Positions 33,228 to 43,068 of a stretch of DNA of 64,000 bases are shown piece by piece. The DNA is from a virus (lineage: Duplodnaviria > Caudoviricetes). Position numbers and translations under genes: made by a program. The number at the start of each line of letters is the position of its first letter. The first letter of the stretch is position 1. The notes below the pieces were generated by a model. That model was not told the origin of the DNA. It searched no databases and saw nothing but the letters and a program-made list of their open reading frames with translations. The DNA is taken from IMG/VR virus record IMGVR_UViG_3300033072_001172, positions 32,001-96,000 of that record, one strand, 5' to 3'.

Positions 33228-36065
33228 ATGGCTGGTGCCTTCATCAATGGTCCGATCACGCCCCCGAGTCTGCGTGTTGAGCAGATTTTCCGACTGCGTG
33301 AGCCGCTCGTGCCTGATTCCGGTCTGCCGCTCGTGGTGATCGGGTTGAATCGTCAGGTTGTGTTTGACGAAAACATCGGCAGCTACGACGGTGCCGAGGT
33401 CGACCTGCTGCTGGCCAGCCTCAGCCTGTACAGCGCGACCCTGGTCGAACTGGACAGCCTTGCTTACGAGGACAGCGACACGGAAGAGCTGTACGCCACA
33501 CCGAGTCTGCCCAACGTGGTGTTCCGCCACCCGAATTTCGGTGACTCGATCGTACCGAAGAAGACCGGCAGCGTTGACGGCTGGTCATTCGACCAGAGCA
33601 CCGGTAAGTTCACGCTGGACGCCGGCCTCTCGTTCACCTACTCGATCCTGACCGGTACCGGCGACCTCGGCGCGGCCCTGGCATCATCGGGCACGACCGT
33701 TGAGGCCAACGCCGGTCTGCGCTACTTTGATGCGTCTGCCGCTGACTTTATCGGCGACGGTGTGGCCGCGGGTGACACCCTGGTGCTTGCCGCCGGGCGC
33801 TTCACCGTGATCGCCGTGATCAATGAGACGCGCCTGCTGGTGCAGGATACCGAAAGCGGCACGGTTCCGTTCACCACGGCATTGACCGACGCGTCGTTCA
33901 CCATCGAAAAGAGCGTGACGGACGGCGGCGAGATTTACGTGTCCTACGTGGCCAACCGTGCCGACATGGCCAACCGTCTGATGTCGGTTGAACGTGACAC
34001 CGTGGACGAGCTGTTCGGTCCGGAATCGATTCTGGATCCTCTCGGCTTCTACGTCCGCATGGCGCTGCGCAACACCAACACGACCGTGCTGGCGCTGCAG
34101 GTCGCAAGCGACGACCTGTCCGGGCACACCGCGGCCATGGCCGTGTTGTCGGCATCGGATGTCCCGTACAACCTGGCGCCGCTGACCCAGGACGAAGACA
34201 TCCTCAACGAGTACATCACGCACGTCAACCTGATGAGCACGGTCGACAAGGCCAAGGAACGTCGCGTCATCACCAACTTTCCGCTGGTCACCCGCACAAC
34301 GAAAGCCAGCAACAACGCCAACTTTGAGGCCTTTGGTCTGGCCGGAGGCGACTCCGAGCGCAACGTGGCGGCGTCAGCCGTCATCAAAGTGCTGGCGGGC
34401 CAGAACAACATTCACATGATGGGCGTTGCCCAGGGCGACTTGTTCCGCGACCTCACACCTGGCTTCGAAGGTGAGGCCCGCATCATTTCAGTGACACCGG
34501 CCAGCCCGGCGGCGGACGCCGAAGTGACGTTGGCCCTGGCGACGCCAAACACGTCACTGTTGTTCGGAACGCAGGCCGAAAGGCAGCTGATCCCGACCGC
34601 GACCCAGATCGTGGGCGCCCGTGTTGACGTGTCGGCAGGTGTACCGGCTAACGGCCACACCGTGGTCATCGTGATCGACGGCATCACGTACACGTTTACT
34701 GCGGCCGCTGTGCCCGCGACTGCGCTGGAGTTCCTCACCGGCGACAATGACAGCTTCCTGGCTAAGGTCCAGGCGTACTTCGGTGATCGCCTGGACATCA
34801 CGCAGCCCGGCGGCGCCGGCACGTATGTTCTGATCCGCGAGACCCTGGGCGGTTTCCTCAACACGGTCGCCGGCGTGCCCATTTCGGCGACCGGTGGCCA
34901 GATCTCCATCCTGGCACCGGGCGGCGGCGCGCTCACCACTGCCGGCTACATGGACTACTCGGGTACCGGCATCAAGGACGGCGACACGTTTGTTCTTGAT
35001 GATGACGTCACCCCGACCACGTTCACCTTCGTGAACGACCAGACCACCGCTAACGGTGCCCTGCTGGCGCCGAATGATTACGCGGTGCAGATCGGCGGTC
35101 TGGTCATGAGCGCGGCCAACGTCCGTGACCGCATCATTGAGGCCGTGAACGGCGTAGGCCTGTTGCTGACGGCGTCCGCCCACACCACCTCACCCAACGT
35201 GCTGATCAAGCAGAATGCCACAGGCGTTCTGGGTGGCTCCGTCATCACGTCAGTGACCGCGCCCGTCACCATGAGCGCGGACGTCCCGGGCACCGGGGCC
35301 ACCGGCGGCAGCCCGCTGACCGACTGGGAGATTACCACGAAGACCCTGACGGTCGACGAGCAGGCCACGTACGTCGCGCAAAAGGCCCGCGACCTCGCGA
35401 ACCGTCGAGTGATGAATGTGTGGCCGGACATCTGCGATGAGCGGTTCGAAGACCTGAGCGCCGGCGAGCAGCTGCAGCAGCAGGGCTACGGCATCTTCGA
35501 AGGACGAACGGTCATCATGCAGAACCAGCCCAATTACGGCGGCGGTGTCATGCTGATGGCTGCCCGGTCGAACCTGCTGGCGGCGGATCCGCTGACCAAA
35601 CGCCCGTTGCTTGGCCCGTACGATCTGCACCGTGTGGACGACTACTTCACCGCGACCCAGCTGGAGCGCATCCTCTCCACGGGCACGATGCTGCTGGAAC
35701 AGCTGCAGGGCGCCGGCGGCACGGTCCAGGTGGTCCGCGGGGTAACCACGGACACCTCCGACCTCAAGGTGGTCGAGGAGAACGTCGGCGCGGCCGTCGA
35801 CAAGTTCACGCGCCTGGTCCGCCAGGCCACCAAGGCACTGTTCGGTCCGAACGTGATTGACCCGGACGGCAACTTCTTCGAGCTGCTGTCGACGAAGGTG
35901 CAGTCGGTGATCAACCGGATGACCCGCCGGGAAACGCGCGAAGCCCGCGACATCCAGATCGTGAGAATCTACGAGAACCCCGACCGTAAGGACTCGGTCA
36001 TCATGGAAGTCGTGTTCACACCGCTGTTTGGTGCGAACGACGGCATCATCCGCATCTTCATCTAA
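33228..36065 (+). CDS. Contractile tail sheath protein with inserted domains
   Basis: 945 aa; GAGGA RBS; sheath-like C-terminus (QLERILSTGTMLLEQ..VVRGVTT..VEEN..AVD..EVVFTPLFGAN.IIRIFI). Confidence 0.85.
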   Translation: MAGAFINGPITPPSLRVEQIFRLREPLVPDSGLPLVVIGLNRQVVFDENIGSYDGAEVDLLLASLSLYSATLVELDSLAYEDSDTEELYATPSLPNVVFRHPNFGDSIVPKKTGSVDGWSFDQSTGKFTLDAGLSFTYSILTGTGDLGAALASSGTTVEANAGLRYFDASAADFIGDGVAAGDTLVLAAGRFTVIAVINETRLLVQDTESGTVPFTTALTDASFTIEKSVTDGGEIYVSYVANRADMANRLMSVERDTVDELFGPESILDPLGFYVRMALRNTNTTVLALQVASDDLSGHTAAMAVLSASDVPYNLAPLTQDEDILNEYITHVNLMSTVDKAKERRVITNFPLVTRTTKASNNANFEAFGLAGGDSERNVAASAVIKVLAGQNNIHMMGVAQGDLFRDLTPGFEGEARIISVTPASPAADAEVTLALATPNTSLLFGTQAERQLIPTATQIVGARVDVSAGVPANGHTVVIVIDGITYTFTAAAVPATALEFLTGDNDSFLAKVQAYFGDRLDITQPGGAGTYVLIRETLGGFLNTVAGVPISATGGQISILAPGGGALTTAGYMDYSGTGIKDGDTFVLDDDVTPTTFTFVNDQTTANGALLAPNDYAVQIGGLVMSAANVRDRIIEAVNGVGLLLTASAHTTSPNVLIKQNATGVLGGSVITSVTAPVTMSADVPGTGATGGSPLTDWEITTKTLTVDEQATYVAQKARDLANRRVMNVWPDICDERFEDLSAGEQLQQQGYGIFEGRTVIMQNQPNYGGGVMLMAARSNLLAADPLTKRPLLGPYDLHRVDDYFTATQLERILSTGTMLLEQLQGAGGTVQVVRGVTTDTSDLKVVEENVGAAVDKFTRLVRQATKALFGPNVIDPDGNFFELLSTKVQSVINRMTRRETREARDIQIVRIYENPDRKDSVIMEVVFTPLFGANDGIIRIFI

Positions 36066-36117
36066 GCCAGGTCAGTGGCTCCGGTGAGCTGATACACCAC
36101 GAAGAAGGAACACGACA

Positions 36118-36891
36118 ATGGGAACGAACTTTCTGAACTGGTCATGGTCGACGCAGCACGTGCAGACCGAAGTGACCAACTCGGAATACCTGTCCGGCGA
36201 ACACACGCTGCTGATGGCGGGCCCGCCGCGGCTCAGCCAGCTGCCTGTTGGCAACAACGGTGTGGCCGCGGATGCGCTCAACCAAATCTCCGACGGCTCG
36301 AATTCATTGTTCCCGATCGGCCTGGTGGCGAACTTCGCCATGCAGCAGGGACGCAGCATCCGTGACCTGTTCGAAATCGGCTCGGTGCGTCGTTACCTGA
36401 TCGCCGAGAAGATCCAGAGCACGGTGCGCCTGGCGCGTGTCAAGTTCTACGGCCCCAGCCTGCTGCGCGTTCTCTACGCGTACTACCCGTCATCCCGGTT
36501 GCCGGGCAGCGGTTCCTTCGCGTCAGCGCTCAAGGACAGTGACGTCGACGCCCAGAATCTCACACTGCCGACCGCCAACGGCGACGGTGTCCCTGGCTAC
36601 GGCGACAGCAACTCGGATGAGGTCGGCGCCAACTTCGGCCAGGCCCAGGACAGTGGCCGAAACAACCGCGACTTCTGGATCAACCTGCAGTCGGTCATCT
36701 TCCGTCAGCCGCTGGGGCTCGGCCTGTACTTCAAGGCCAACAACAACCGCCCCTACGGCGCCTGCTACCTGGAAGAGATGCTGTTGGGGTCGCACACCAT
36801 CAGCATCGACGCCGACCAGATTGTCATGCAGGAAGGCGTCGACGGCAAGTTTGACCGGATCGTCCCCATCAAGATCGCGATGGCTGCCTAA
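36118..36891 (+). CDS. Tail tube protein
   Basis: Follows the sheath; IGLVANFAMQQGR..LFEIGS motif; YLEE..SH..SIDA. Confidence 0.8.
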   Translation: MGTNFLNWSWSTQHVQTEVTNSEYLSGEHTLLMAGPPRLSQLPVGNNGVAADALNQISDGSNSLFPIGLVANFAMQQGRSIRDLFEIGSVRRYLIAEKIQSTVRLARVKFYGPSLLRVLYAYYPSSRLPGSGSFASALKDSDVDAQNLTLPTANGDGVPGYGDSNSDEVGANFGQAQDSGRNNRDFWINLQSVIFRQPLGLGLYFKANNNRPYGACYLEEMLLGSHTISIDADQIVMQEGVDGKFDRIVPIKIAMAA

Positions 36892-37682
36892 CGCACCCGC
36901 CGGCGCGAATTGAGCATTTCCACAACCGAGAAGGACGACATGCTTCCCTGCGTGTCGTCCTTCTCATGCAACCGGGCCATTTCGTTGCGTCGCAGATGGG
37001 CCCACATCTTCTTCAGAGCGTGGTTTTCGATTTGGCGCACGCGCTCTGTGGACAGCCCAAGCATGTTGGCCATGTCACTGTAGGTGAGCTCAGTGCCGTG
37101 GAAACCGTACCGGTTCTGAATGATGTAGCGTTCCTTCTTCGTGAGGATCGTGGAGACGGCGGCCATCATCTCCGTGATGACTGTCTTTCGGTGAAGTTCC
37201 TCATTGATCTCGTCGCCGTCGACCTCGTGCTCCTTGTCGAAGTCCTCAATGAACGACAACATCGTGATGTTGATCTTGACGTCCCGGGAGCGTTCCAGCG
37301 TCCGGATCGGCTTGACCGAGTTCTTGTCGAACACCAGGGCACGTCGAATGCTTTCCTTGATATGCCACATCGCATAGGTGCTGAACTTGTTGCCGCGGGA
37401 AAGATCGAATGCGGCGATCGCCCGGCACAGCCCCATGCTGCCCTCGCTCAGCGCAGACTGCAGAATGTCAACCTTGTCCGACGACACCGAGTTGTGATTT
37501 CGAACCATGCGCGAGGCTTCTTTGATCACCAGCGGCATGTTCCGCCAGACCAGTTCCTTGCGCGCTTCCGTGTCGCCGGCCTTGGCGCGGCGCAGTAGAT
37601 CCCGCTCCTCTTCTGCCGTAGGGATCGTGATGCCCTTCATGGTTTTGAACAGGTACGACATTTCGTCGTCGAGCTCGGTCAT
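36888..37682 (-). CDS. Sigma70-family RNA polymerase sigma factor
   Basis: Region 1.2/2 (AEEERDL..ARKELVWRNMPLV..EGSMGL..FDLSRGNKFSTYAMWHI), region 4 HTH (LSTERVRQIENHALKK); region 3 short or absent. Confidence 0.93.
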   Translation of the reverse strand: MTELDDEMSYLFKTMKGITIPTAEEERDLLRRAKAGDTEARKELVWRNMPLVIKEASRMVRNHNSVSSDKVDILQSALSEGSMGLCRAIAAFDLSRGNKFSTYAMWHIKESIRRALVFDKNSVKPIRTLERSRDVKINITMLSFIEDFDKEHEVDGDEINEELHRKTVITEMMAAVSTILTKKERYIIQNRYGFHGTELTYSDMANMLGLSTERVRQIENHALKKMWAHLRRNEMARLHEKDDTQGSMSSFSVVEMLNSRRRVR

Positions 37683-38110
37683 ACCTTGTCCTTGAGCAAC
37701 GTGAAAAAGCGGTCAATGACCTCTTCAATGAAGCGGCCCGGGACACCGATGATCAGCAAATCAATCTGGTTGCGGAGTGGGGGCATGCCCTCATGCTGGC
37801 TCACGACAAGCAGCGGCGAGTCACGCTTGATCTTGTCGATGACCTTGGCGCAGAAGTACTTGTTGAAGTTGTTGATCCATTTCTTGATCACCAGACCGTT
37901 GACGTCGCGGTAGAACACGCGGAAGTCAAAATGCTCGCCCTTCTCATCCTCTTTCGATATCTGGTACAGCAGGGAGAACTCACCACGAAAATGCTCGGGC
38001 CCCTTGGAAAACTGAACGGGAATCCCGGCTGACACTCCTTTCGGGTTGCGGAACAGGTCCGCATACGGTTTATAGTCCGGATCAGATGCGGTCAGGAATG
38101 ACGCAGCCAT
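37679..38110 (-). CDS. Hypothetical protein
   Basis: 143 aa; ATGA-coupled to the sigma gene. Confidence 0.7.
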   Translation of the reverse strand: MAASFLTASDPDYKPYADLFRNPKGVSAGIPVQFSKGPEHFRGEFSLLYQISKEDEKGEHFDFRVFYRDVNGLVIKKWINNFNKYFCAKVIDKIKRDSPLLVVSQHEGMPPLRNQIDLLIIGVPGRFIEEVIDRFFTLLKDKV

Positions 38111-38532
38111 GCTGCTATTCTCCTCAAGTCAGGCCTGGCCAGCACAATAGCGGCAAGCTGCTCGGTGGTATACCGTTCAGTCATCGCGTTCAACAACCAG
38201 TTCAACAACCCGCTGAGACCAAGCAGCCCGCGGTTCAGCCCGAGCTGGCGCCAGCATTTGATCGTTTCACGGGGCAGCACAACGTCGGTGCGGATGGTGC
38301 AGGTTTCGATGTGGGGCAGAGGGTACGACGCAATCTCATGCAGACAGCGGATGGCTTCGGCGGCCAAAATACGCACCACGACCGTCCGAGGTGTCTTGGC
38401 GGCGTCTGCGACCTTGTCCAGATCAGTCAGGAGCCTTCGGGAGAAGCAGGAGCAGGTTCGGGCGAAGCCTTGGGGGCCACGACGCCGTTTCGTGTGAACG
38501 CCCGATGAGTGCACTTGTTGCATTGCCGCCAT
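38092..38532 (-). CDS. Hypothetical protein, possible ribbon-helix-helix DNA-binding protein
   Basis: RTCSCFSRRLLTDLDKVA..RTVVVRILAAEAI pattern; start uncertain. Confidence 0.45.
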   Translation of the reverse strand: MAAMQQVHSSGVHTKRRRGPQGFARTCSCFSRRLLTDLDKVADAAKTPRTVVVRILAAEAIRCLHEIASYPLPHIETCTIRTDVVLPRETIKCWRQLGLNRGLLGLSGLLNWLLNAMTERYTTEQLAAIVLARPDLRRIAAWLRHS

Positions 38533-38624
38533 TCTCTGCGCTCCCTGGCATCACTTTCAACCTTGACTACTTGCATTTGTCCTGAACACACCGGGCACAC
38601 ATCCTGGGTTCCGTACTTGATCAT
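38427..38624 (-). CDS. Small zinc-ribbon protein (NrdR-N/Ogr-like)
   Basis: CPVC..RREWRQCNKC..AFT. Confidence 0.55.
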   Translation of the reverse strand: MIKYGTQDVCPVCSGQMQVVKVESDARERREWRQCNKCTHRAFTRNGVVAPKASPEPAPASPEGS

Positions 38625-38830
38625 GACGGTACGTCCATCACTTGTGCGGCACCGGCCAGGCCAATGGTGTCCGCCAGATCGTGGTTATCGACAACTGTTT
38701 CGGTCAGATCTTTCACGTGAAGGATCGCCGCGGCCCTTGTGATCTCTCAGTCCTTCTGAGTGTACTCCCTGGATTTGTGAGTTACCAATGCCTCAAGCAC
38801 TTTTCGTCACTTTGCCTGGGTCAGCCCGTA

Positions 38831-39622
38831 CTATGGTTTCAGCCCCTTGCTCCTGGCCATCTCTGCACGCAACCACTGCGGGACGGCCGCCATCGATCGA
38901 GGCATAGGCGCGGCCCGGATCATCTCAAAAGCCAGGTTGGCGAACATGCCGGTAAGTGCCTGTGTGGCTTCGTGCAATGAGATCATGTCCGGGCGGCGTT
39001 GTTGATCTGGCGTGAACAACCACAAGGGCACATTCAGGTCAACCGGGGCTTCCATCAGCTTGGTCACCTGCATCGCCGGTTCACGCGTACTGCTCGGTGT
39101 GACGTCAGTAGCCACGGTCTGAAAACGAACAACGGCCAGCATCGCCGTTACTTTGACGTCAGCTGTCAGCTTTCCAACCTCGTCACGACGATGCTGGATG
39201 CTCACCCCGGTCACGATCCAGGTCAGGTGCTGCCGGCGGTCGCCGACGGCCGGTGCCGGTGCCGGGGCGCTCATGACGGGCACCAGCTCCTCCTCGCGGT
39301 GGCCTGGTTCCGGCGCCGGCAGTCGTGTGTGCGTGATGTCGATGGTTTCTGTCGCCGGCGCCTGTTGCCCGGGGGTCGCCATCGCGACAGATGGCAGCGG
39401 AAGCTCCGGCACCTTGGCGGTGTCCAGCGCGTCGCCAACGCCATCAATAAACTCTGACCCGGGAAAGTTGTCACCGCCGTCAGTCGGGTCGTCGAGCGGG
39501 AAGTTACGTTTGATTTCCGGAGGAACTTTGCTCATGGGCACAGTTGTACCGGACTCCAGTTCGTTCTTCCTGGCTTCCGGTGCGTAGGCGTAGTGGTTCT
39601 TTTTGCGGCGGCGACGACCCAT
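38831..39622 (-). CDS. Hypothetical protein
   Basis: GGAGG RBS; 263 aa; Pro-rich N-half. Confidence 0.75.
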   Translation of the reverse strand: MGRRRRKKNHYAYAPEARKNELESGTTVPMSKVPPEIKRNFPLDDPTDGGDNFPGSEFIDGVGDALDTAKVPELPLPSVAMATPGQQAPATETIDITHTRLPAPEPGHREEELVPVMSAPAPAPAVGDRRQHLTWIVTGVSIQHRRDEVGKLTADVKVTAMLAVVRFQTVATDVTPSSTREPAMQVTKLMEAPVDLNVPLWLFTPDQQRRPDMISLHEATQALTGMFANLAFEMIRAAPMPRSMAAVPQWLRAEMARSKGLKP

Positions 39623-39640
39623 GGCTTCCTCCGTCCAAGT

Positions 39641-39674
39641 AAAAGAAAAGGAGCAGACGTGCTGCTCCTTTTCC
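39641..39674 (-). terminator. Intrinsic terminator, potentially bidirectional
   Basis: GAAAAGGAGCAG-acgtg-CTGCTCCTTTTC with an A/T tract; lies after the 39682 stop. Confidence 0.8.
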
Positions 39675-39681
39675 GTGACGC

Positions 39682-41349
39682 TCAGGCCGACTCCTCCTCA
39701 GAGTCGTCCTCTTCCTCCTCCTCGCTGACCTCTTCGTCCTCTTCATGGGTGACGATGTCGGCGTCCTTGACCTCTTCGGCTTCTTCTTCTTCACCTTCTT
39801 CTTCGGAAACTTCCGGATCCTCTTCGTCTGTTGCATCCGCGTCGGCTGCCGCGGTCTCATCGCTTGCGGAAGGCATCGGAGCACTGCCTGACGCCACTTC
39901 AAGCAAGTAAGCAAGCTGATCGCGCAGCGACTTGTTCAATGCCACGCTTGCCCACTCGTCAGGTGCGATGTCCAGGTTCTTGCGGAGACGCGCGATATGC
40001 GCGCTCAGCTGCTTGGCCGACATCTTGTCGATGTGCATCGGTGTCTCTTCCGCCGGCTGCATCTCCTCGGAGTACCCGAGGGTCGACAAGTACGGCAGGG
40101 CGTCCAGCTGGATCTCGGTGACTTCGCCGACCGGCACACCAAAGTGCCGCGCGGCGTCCCGCTTGTTCGTGTGCAGAATATACCGGCCGTCCTTGGCGTA
40201 GGCGTTCACCACCGGTACGCCTTGCATGGCCTGCTGCCGTCCGGCATGCGGGATCACCAGAATCTTCAGGCCGTAACCACGCTCAATGCCGCTGATGAGC
40301 TTGGGCAGCTCAGCGTAGGCTGTCCCGTGGTTCCCCAGGTACAGGCCGCACGCCTTGGCGATGGTGACGCCGATCGGGAGCTTCGGATTCTTTTCTTCCT
40401 CACATGACACGTCGTGTGCGGCGCGGATGGTGGCCTCATCGATTTTGCGCACTTCGTACGCCGGCATCTTCACCGGTTTTTCCGCATCGGCCAGGGCATC
40501 CACGGCGGCCGCGTCCGCCGTCAGCGCGTCCGCCTGGTACTTGCGCTTGAGCATACCTTCGAACTCTTTGGTGCCGGTGTTTGCGTCCAGACGGCACATG
40601 GAGACGTCTTCCTGAATCTCCCTGAGAGTTCGGCGGGACTTGTACGCCAGTTTGGCAAACTGGTTCAACCGCGTGTGGTTGTACTGGGCGAACACCGCCT
40701 CGACCTTGTTGGGGTTGATGCCCAGATCCATCAACAACCTGAGACCGGTGATGTACACGCTGACGGCGCCAGCACCTTTCCCGAAACGGCTCTCCCAGTA
40801 TTCGCCGGCCGACGCGTAGCCGAGCTCACGGAAGTTTCCGTTCTTGTTCAGGTTGTACATGATGACGGCGGTACGCGCACGCTCGCGATTCTGATCCTTG
40901 TGGGCCTTGGCAAACAGCTTGTCCAGCACCTTCATCGTGGGCCGTTCGACCACTTCACCTTCGTCGTACACTGGCGGCAGCAGATCGTGCGAGTCAGCAG
41001 TGCTGAGGGTCGGCACCAGTTTGGCTTTCTCGGCGCGATCTTTGTTCACATGCGCCAGCGCCCGCGACTTGATGTCCTCGGTCGCCGGAACAATCACGGC
41101 AGCGCTGGGCTTCGCCGCTGCGGCCGGCTCTTTCTTCGGTGCTGCTCCTGCACGCTTCTTGTCGGCTTTGGGCTTGGCCGTGGCCTTGGGCTTGGGTTTG
41201 GGCTTGGTTTCGGTCTTGGGCTTGGGTTTGGCCGCCGCTTTGGGCTTGGCCTCGGTCTTGGGTTTGGTCGCGGCCTTGGGCTTGGGCTCCGCCTTTGGCT
41301 TGGGCTCCGCCTTTGAAACGTTGAGCGTCAGAACTTTCGACAATGCCAT
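39682..41349 (-). CDS. Putative DNA-binding protein: histone H1-like basic N-terminus, acidic C-terminus
   Basis: KPKPKA repeats; central FRELGYASAGEY; Glu-rich tail; ATG 41349. Confidence 0.7.
   Translation of the reverse strand: MALSKVLTLNVSKAEPKPKAEPKPKAATKPKTEAKPKAAAKPKPKTETKPKPKPKATAKPKADKKRAGAAPKKEPAAAAKPSAAVIVPATEDIKSRALAHVNKDRAEKAKLVPTLSTADSHDLLPPVYDEGEVVERPTMKVLDKLFAKAHKDQNRERARTAVIMYNLNKNGNFRELGYASAGEYWESRFGKGAGAVSVYITGLRLLMDLGINPNKVEAVFAQYNHTRLNQFAKLAYKSRRTLREIQEDVSMCRLDANTGTKEFEGMLKRKYQADALTADAAAVDALADAEKPVKMPAYEVRKIDEATIRAAHDVSCEEEKNPKLPIGVTIAKACGLYLGNHGTAYAELPKLISGIERGYGLKILVIPHAGRQQAMQGVPVVNAYAKDGRYILHTNKRDAARHFGVPVGEVTEIQLDALPYLSTLGYSEEMQPAEETPMHIDKMSAKQLSAHIARLRKNLDIAPDEWASVALNKSLRDQLAYLLEVASGSAPMPSASDETAAADADATDEEDPEVSEEEGEEEEAEEVKDADIVTHEEDEEVSEEEEEDDSEEESA
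41162..41315 (-). repeat. Degenerate tandem repeats encoding (K/A/E)PKPK
   Basis: Repeated TTGGGCTT/TTGGGTTT units on the + strand. Confidence 0.8.
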
Positions 41350-41351
41350 GA

Positions 41352-42296
41352 TTATGACCCTTTCTTGGCTTTCGGGACTCCGTTGAAGCACTCTTTGCGT
41401 GAGGGACAGGAACGTGCGTTCGATACCTGATCACTCTTGCAGACGATGGGGCAGCTGGCTTTGAACGTTTCCAATTGCGAAATGCGCAGCAGGTCCTGGG
41501 CGTTGTTGACCGTCTTAGCCCACGCCTCCGCGACGTCGGTGACAGCGGCGACTTCGGCCATTACCCACTTGAACACTTGCTCCGACAACGGGACCAGGTA
41601 AGCCTTCATGGCCCCATTGGTCTTGTTGACGTAGATGACGAGAATCGAGTTAACGTCTACGCCGAGAACATGCTTCGCCAGGCCGGCGTAAACATGGCCC
41701 TGATGCACGTGTCCGGCTGACGGGGCCATCCGTTTTTTCCACGCGTCTTCGCGCTCAGACTTGATCTCCGCGACACGCAATTTCCCGCGGTAGTCGATGA
41801 AACCGTCAAGCGACCCGGTGAGTGGTCGGTCCGCCGCGGTCACCTTGGTCTCTTCGTACCGAAAGGCATGCCACAGGCAGTGGTATCGCCGGTTACCGCA
41901 GTTTTCGCAGACAGACGGGCATTTGATCAGTGGCCCGTGAAGTTTGCTGCATTTCCGGCATGTCCAGGAGCCCACCATCATTTCAGACAGCACGGTGTCC
42001 CGGAAGTGCTCGTGCACCGCCGTTCCGATCTCAAGCAACTTCTTCATTCTCGGGTCGAACTTCGAACGCGGCACCGCAATGTTCAGCCGCTGCTTCAGCA
42101 CACGGAACACTTCTCGGCGCCGACACCAGCGATTGAACGAGCTCGGATGCACGTTCTTGTCGGCAACTTCCACCGGGACATCACTGATGATCGTGCCGGT
42201 CGCCTTGTCAAAATTGGCGTCAATAGCGAACTTGAAGGCCGGCGCCTTCTTTGTGGCAATCACAAGACTTGTGTCGGTTGGTGGCGGGTTGGTCAT
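41352..42296 (-). CDS. Cas4-like PD-(D/E)xK exonuclease
   Basis: HPSS..WC, IGTAVH, GSLDG, AEIKS, QGHVY, three C-terminal Cys (Fe-S staple); CRKC..CENC insert; start may be 42314. Confidence 0.85.
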   Translation of the reverse strand: MTNPPPTDTSLVIATKKAPAFKFAIDANFDKATGTIISDVPVEVADKNVHPSSFNRWCRRREVFRVLKQRLNIAVPRSKFDPRMKKLLEIGTAVHEHFRDTVLSEMMVGSWTCRKCSKLHGPLIKCPSVCENCGNRRYHCLWHAFRYEETKVTAADRPLTGSLDGFIDYRGKLRVAEIKSEREDAWKKRMAPSAGHVHQGHVYAGLAKHVLGVDVNSILVIYVNKTNGAMKAYLVPLSEQVFKWVMAEVAAVTDVAEAWAKTVNNAQDLLRISQLETFKASCPIVCKSDQVSNARSCPSRKECFNGVPKAKKGS

Positions 42297-42336
42297 AGTA
42301 AGGTCTGTCGACAATACTTCCTGTGTAAGTTTGTGC

Positions 42337-43068
42337 CTAGTCCTCTGTGGTGGTTACTGGCCGACAAGCCTGCCAGGCCAACGACAACACCTGCTTCAAC
42401 CAGCTGCGGCTCTGTCCTTCTGCGGCGTGACGTCGGTGGATTACGTACTCCGGGGACACCGTGAAGGCCAGGAACGTGTTCGGAATTGGCGCCTTCAACA
42501 AGGTGCCGATGCCCCGGATAACCTTGCACTGGGTCAGCGGTACGCCGCTGAGCGCAGACATCGCGACGGTTCCCAGACCCACAATGACCTTGGGTTTGAT
42601 GATGGCGATCTGTCGGCCAAGCCACGGCAGACACGCCTGAATGTGCTTCTGGCGGATCTTGTGCGTTTCCAGCCCGGGCGGCAAGCATCGGACAGCAGAC
42701 ACCGTGCTCACGCCCTGGCCCTGGAAGATGAAATTCGTGCGGTCCGCCATCAGATTGACGACGCCAAGTTCGTGCAGAATGCGGTACAACAACCGTGTGC
42801 CTTCGGACAGCTCACGGTCAGGATCAACTTCGTGTGGTTCCGGATGCCCAGTGACCAGCAGCAGCGGGTTGCCGGCGCCAGTGTACCCGGCGTGCGGTGA
42901 GCCGCGTGCACCACAATGGGCCCTAAGATCACACCTGGAACACATCTTGACGTCATCTCGCACCTCACGCAGCTTGAGCTGGTCAGCTATGTATTGGGCA
43001 AGATACTCGTCTCGCTCTCTCTGGAGCTTCGTGTGCTTCGGCAATGGGTCAGCCACTCCTTTGTCCAT
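42337..43068 (-). CDS. Uracil-DNA glycosylase family 4-like protein, divergent
   Basis: CSRCDL, AVRCLPP, ACLPWL..IKPKVIVGLG..A; GGAGG RBS; catalytic motifs altered. Confidence 0.8.
   Translation of the reverse strand: MDKGVADPLPKHTKLQRERDEYLAQYIADQLKLREVRDDVKMCSRCDLRAHCGARGSPHAGYTGAGNPLLLVTGHPEPHEVDPDRELSEGTRLLYRILHELGVVNLMADRTNFIFQGQGVSTVSAVRCLPPGLETHKIRQKHIQACLPWLGRQIAIIKPKVIVGLGTVAMSALSGVPLTQCKVIRGIGTLLKAPIPNTFLAFTVSPEYVIHRRHAAEGQSRSWLKQVLSLAWQACRPVTTTED

Noticed and set aside
38621-38830. 31-aa ORF (MKDLTET..) on the minus strand
   Set aside because: Too short, weak RBS, no motif
41352-42314. CRISPR-Cas locus suggested by the Cas4-like gene
   Set aside because: No repeat-spacer array or other cas genes seen
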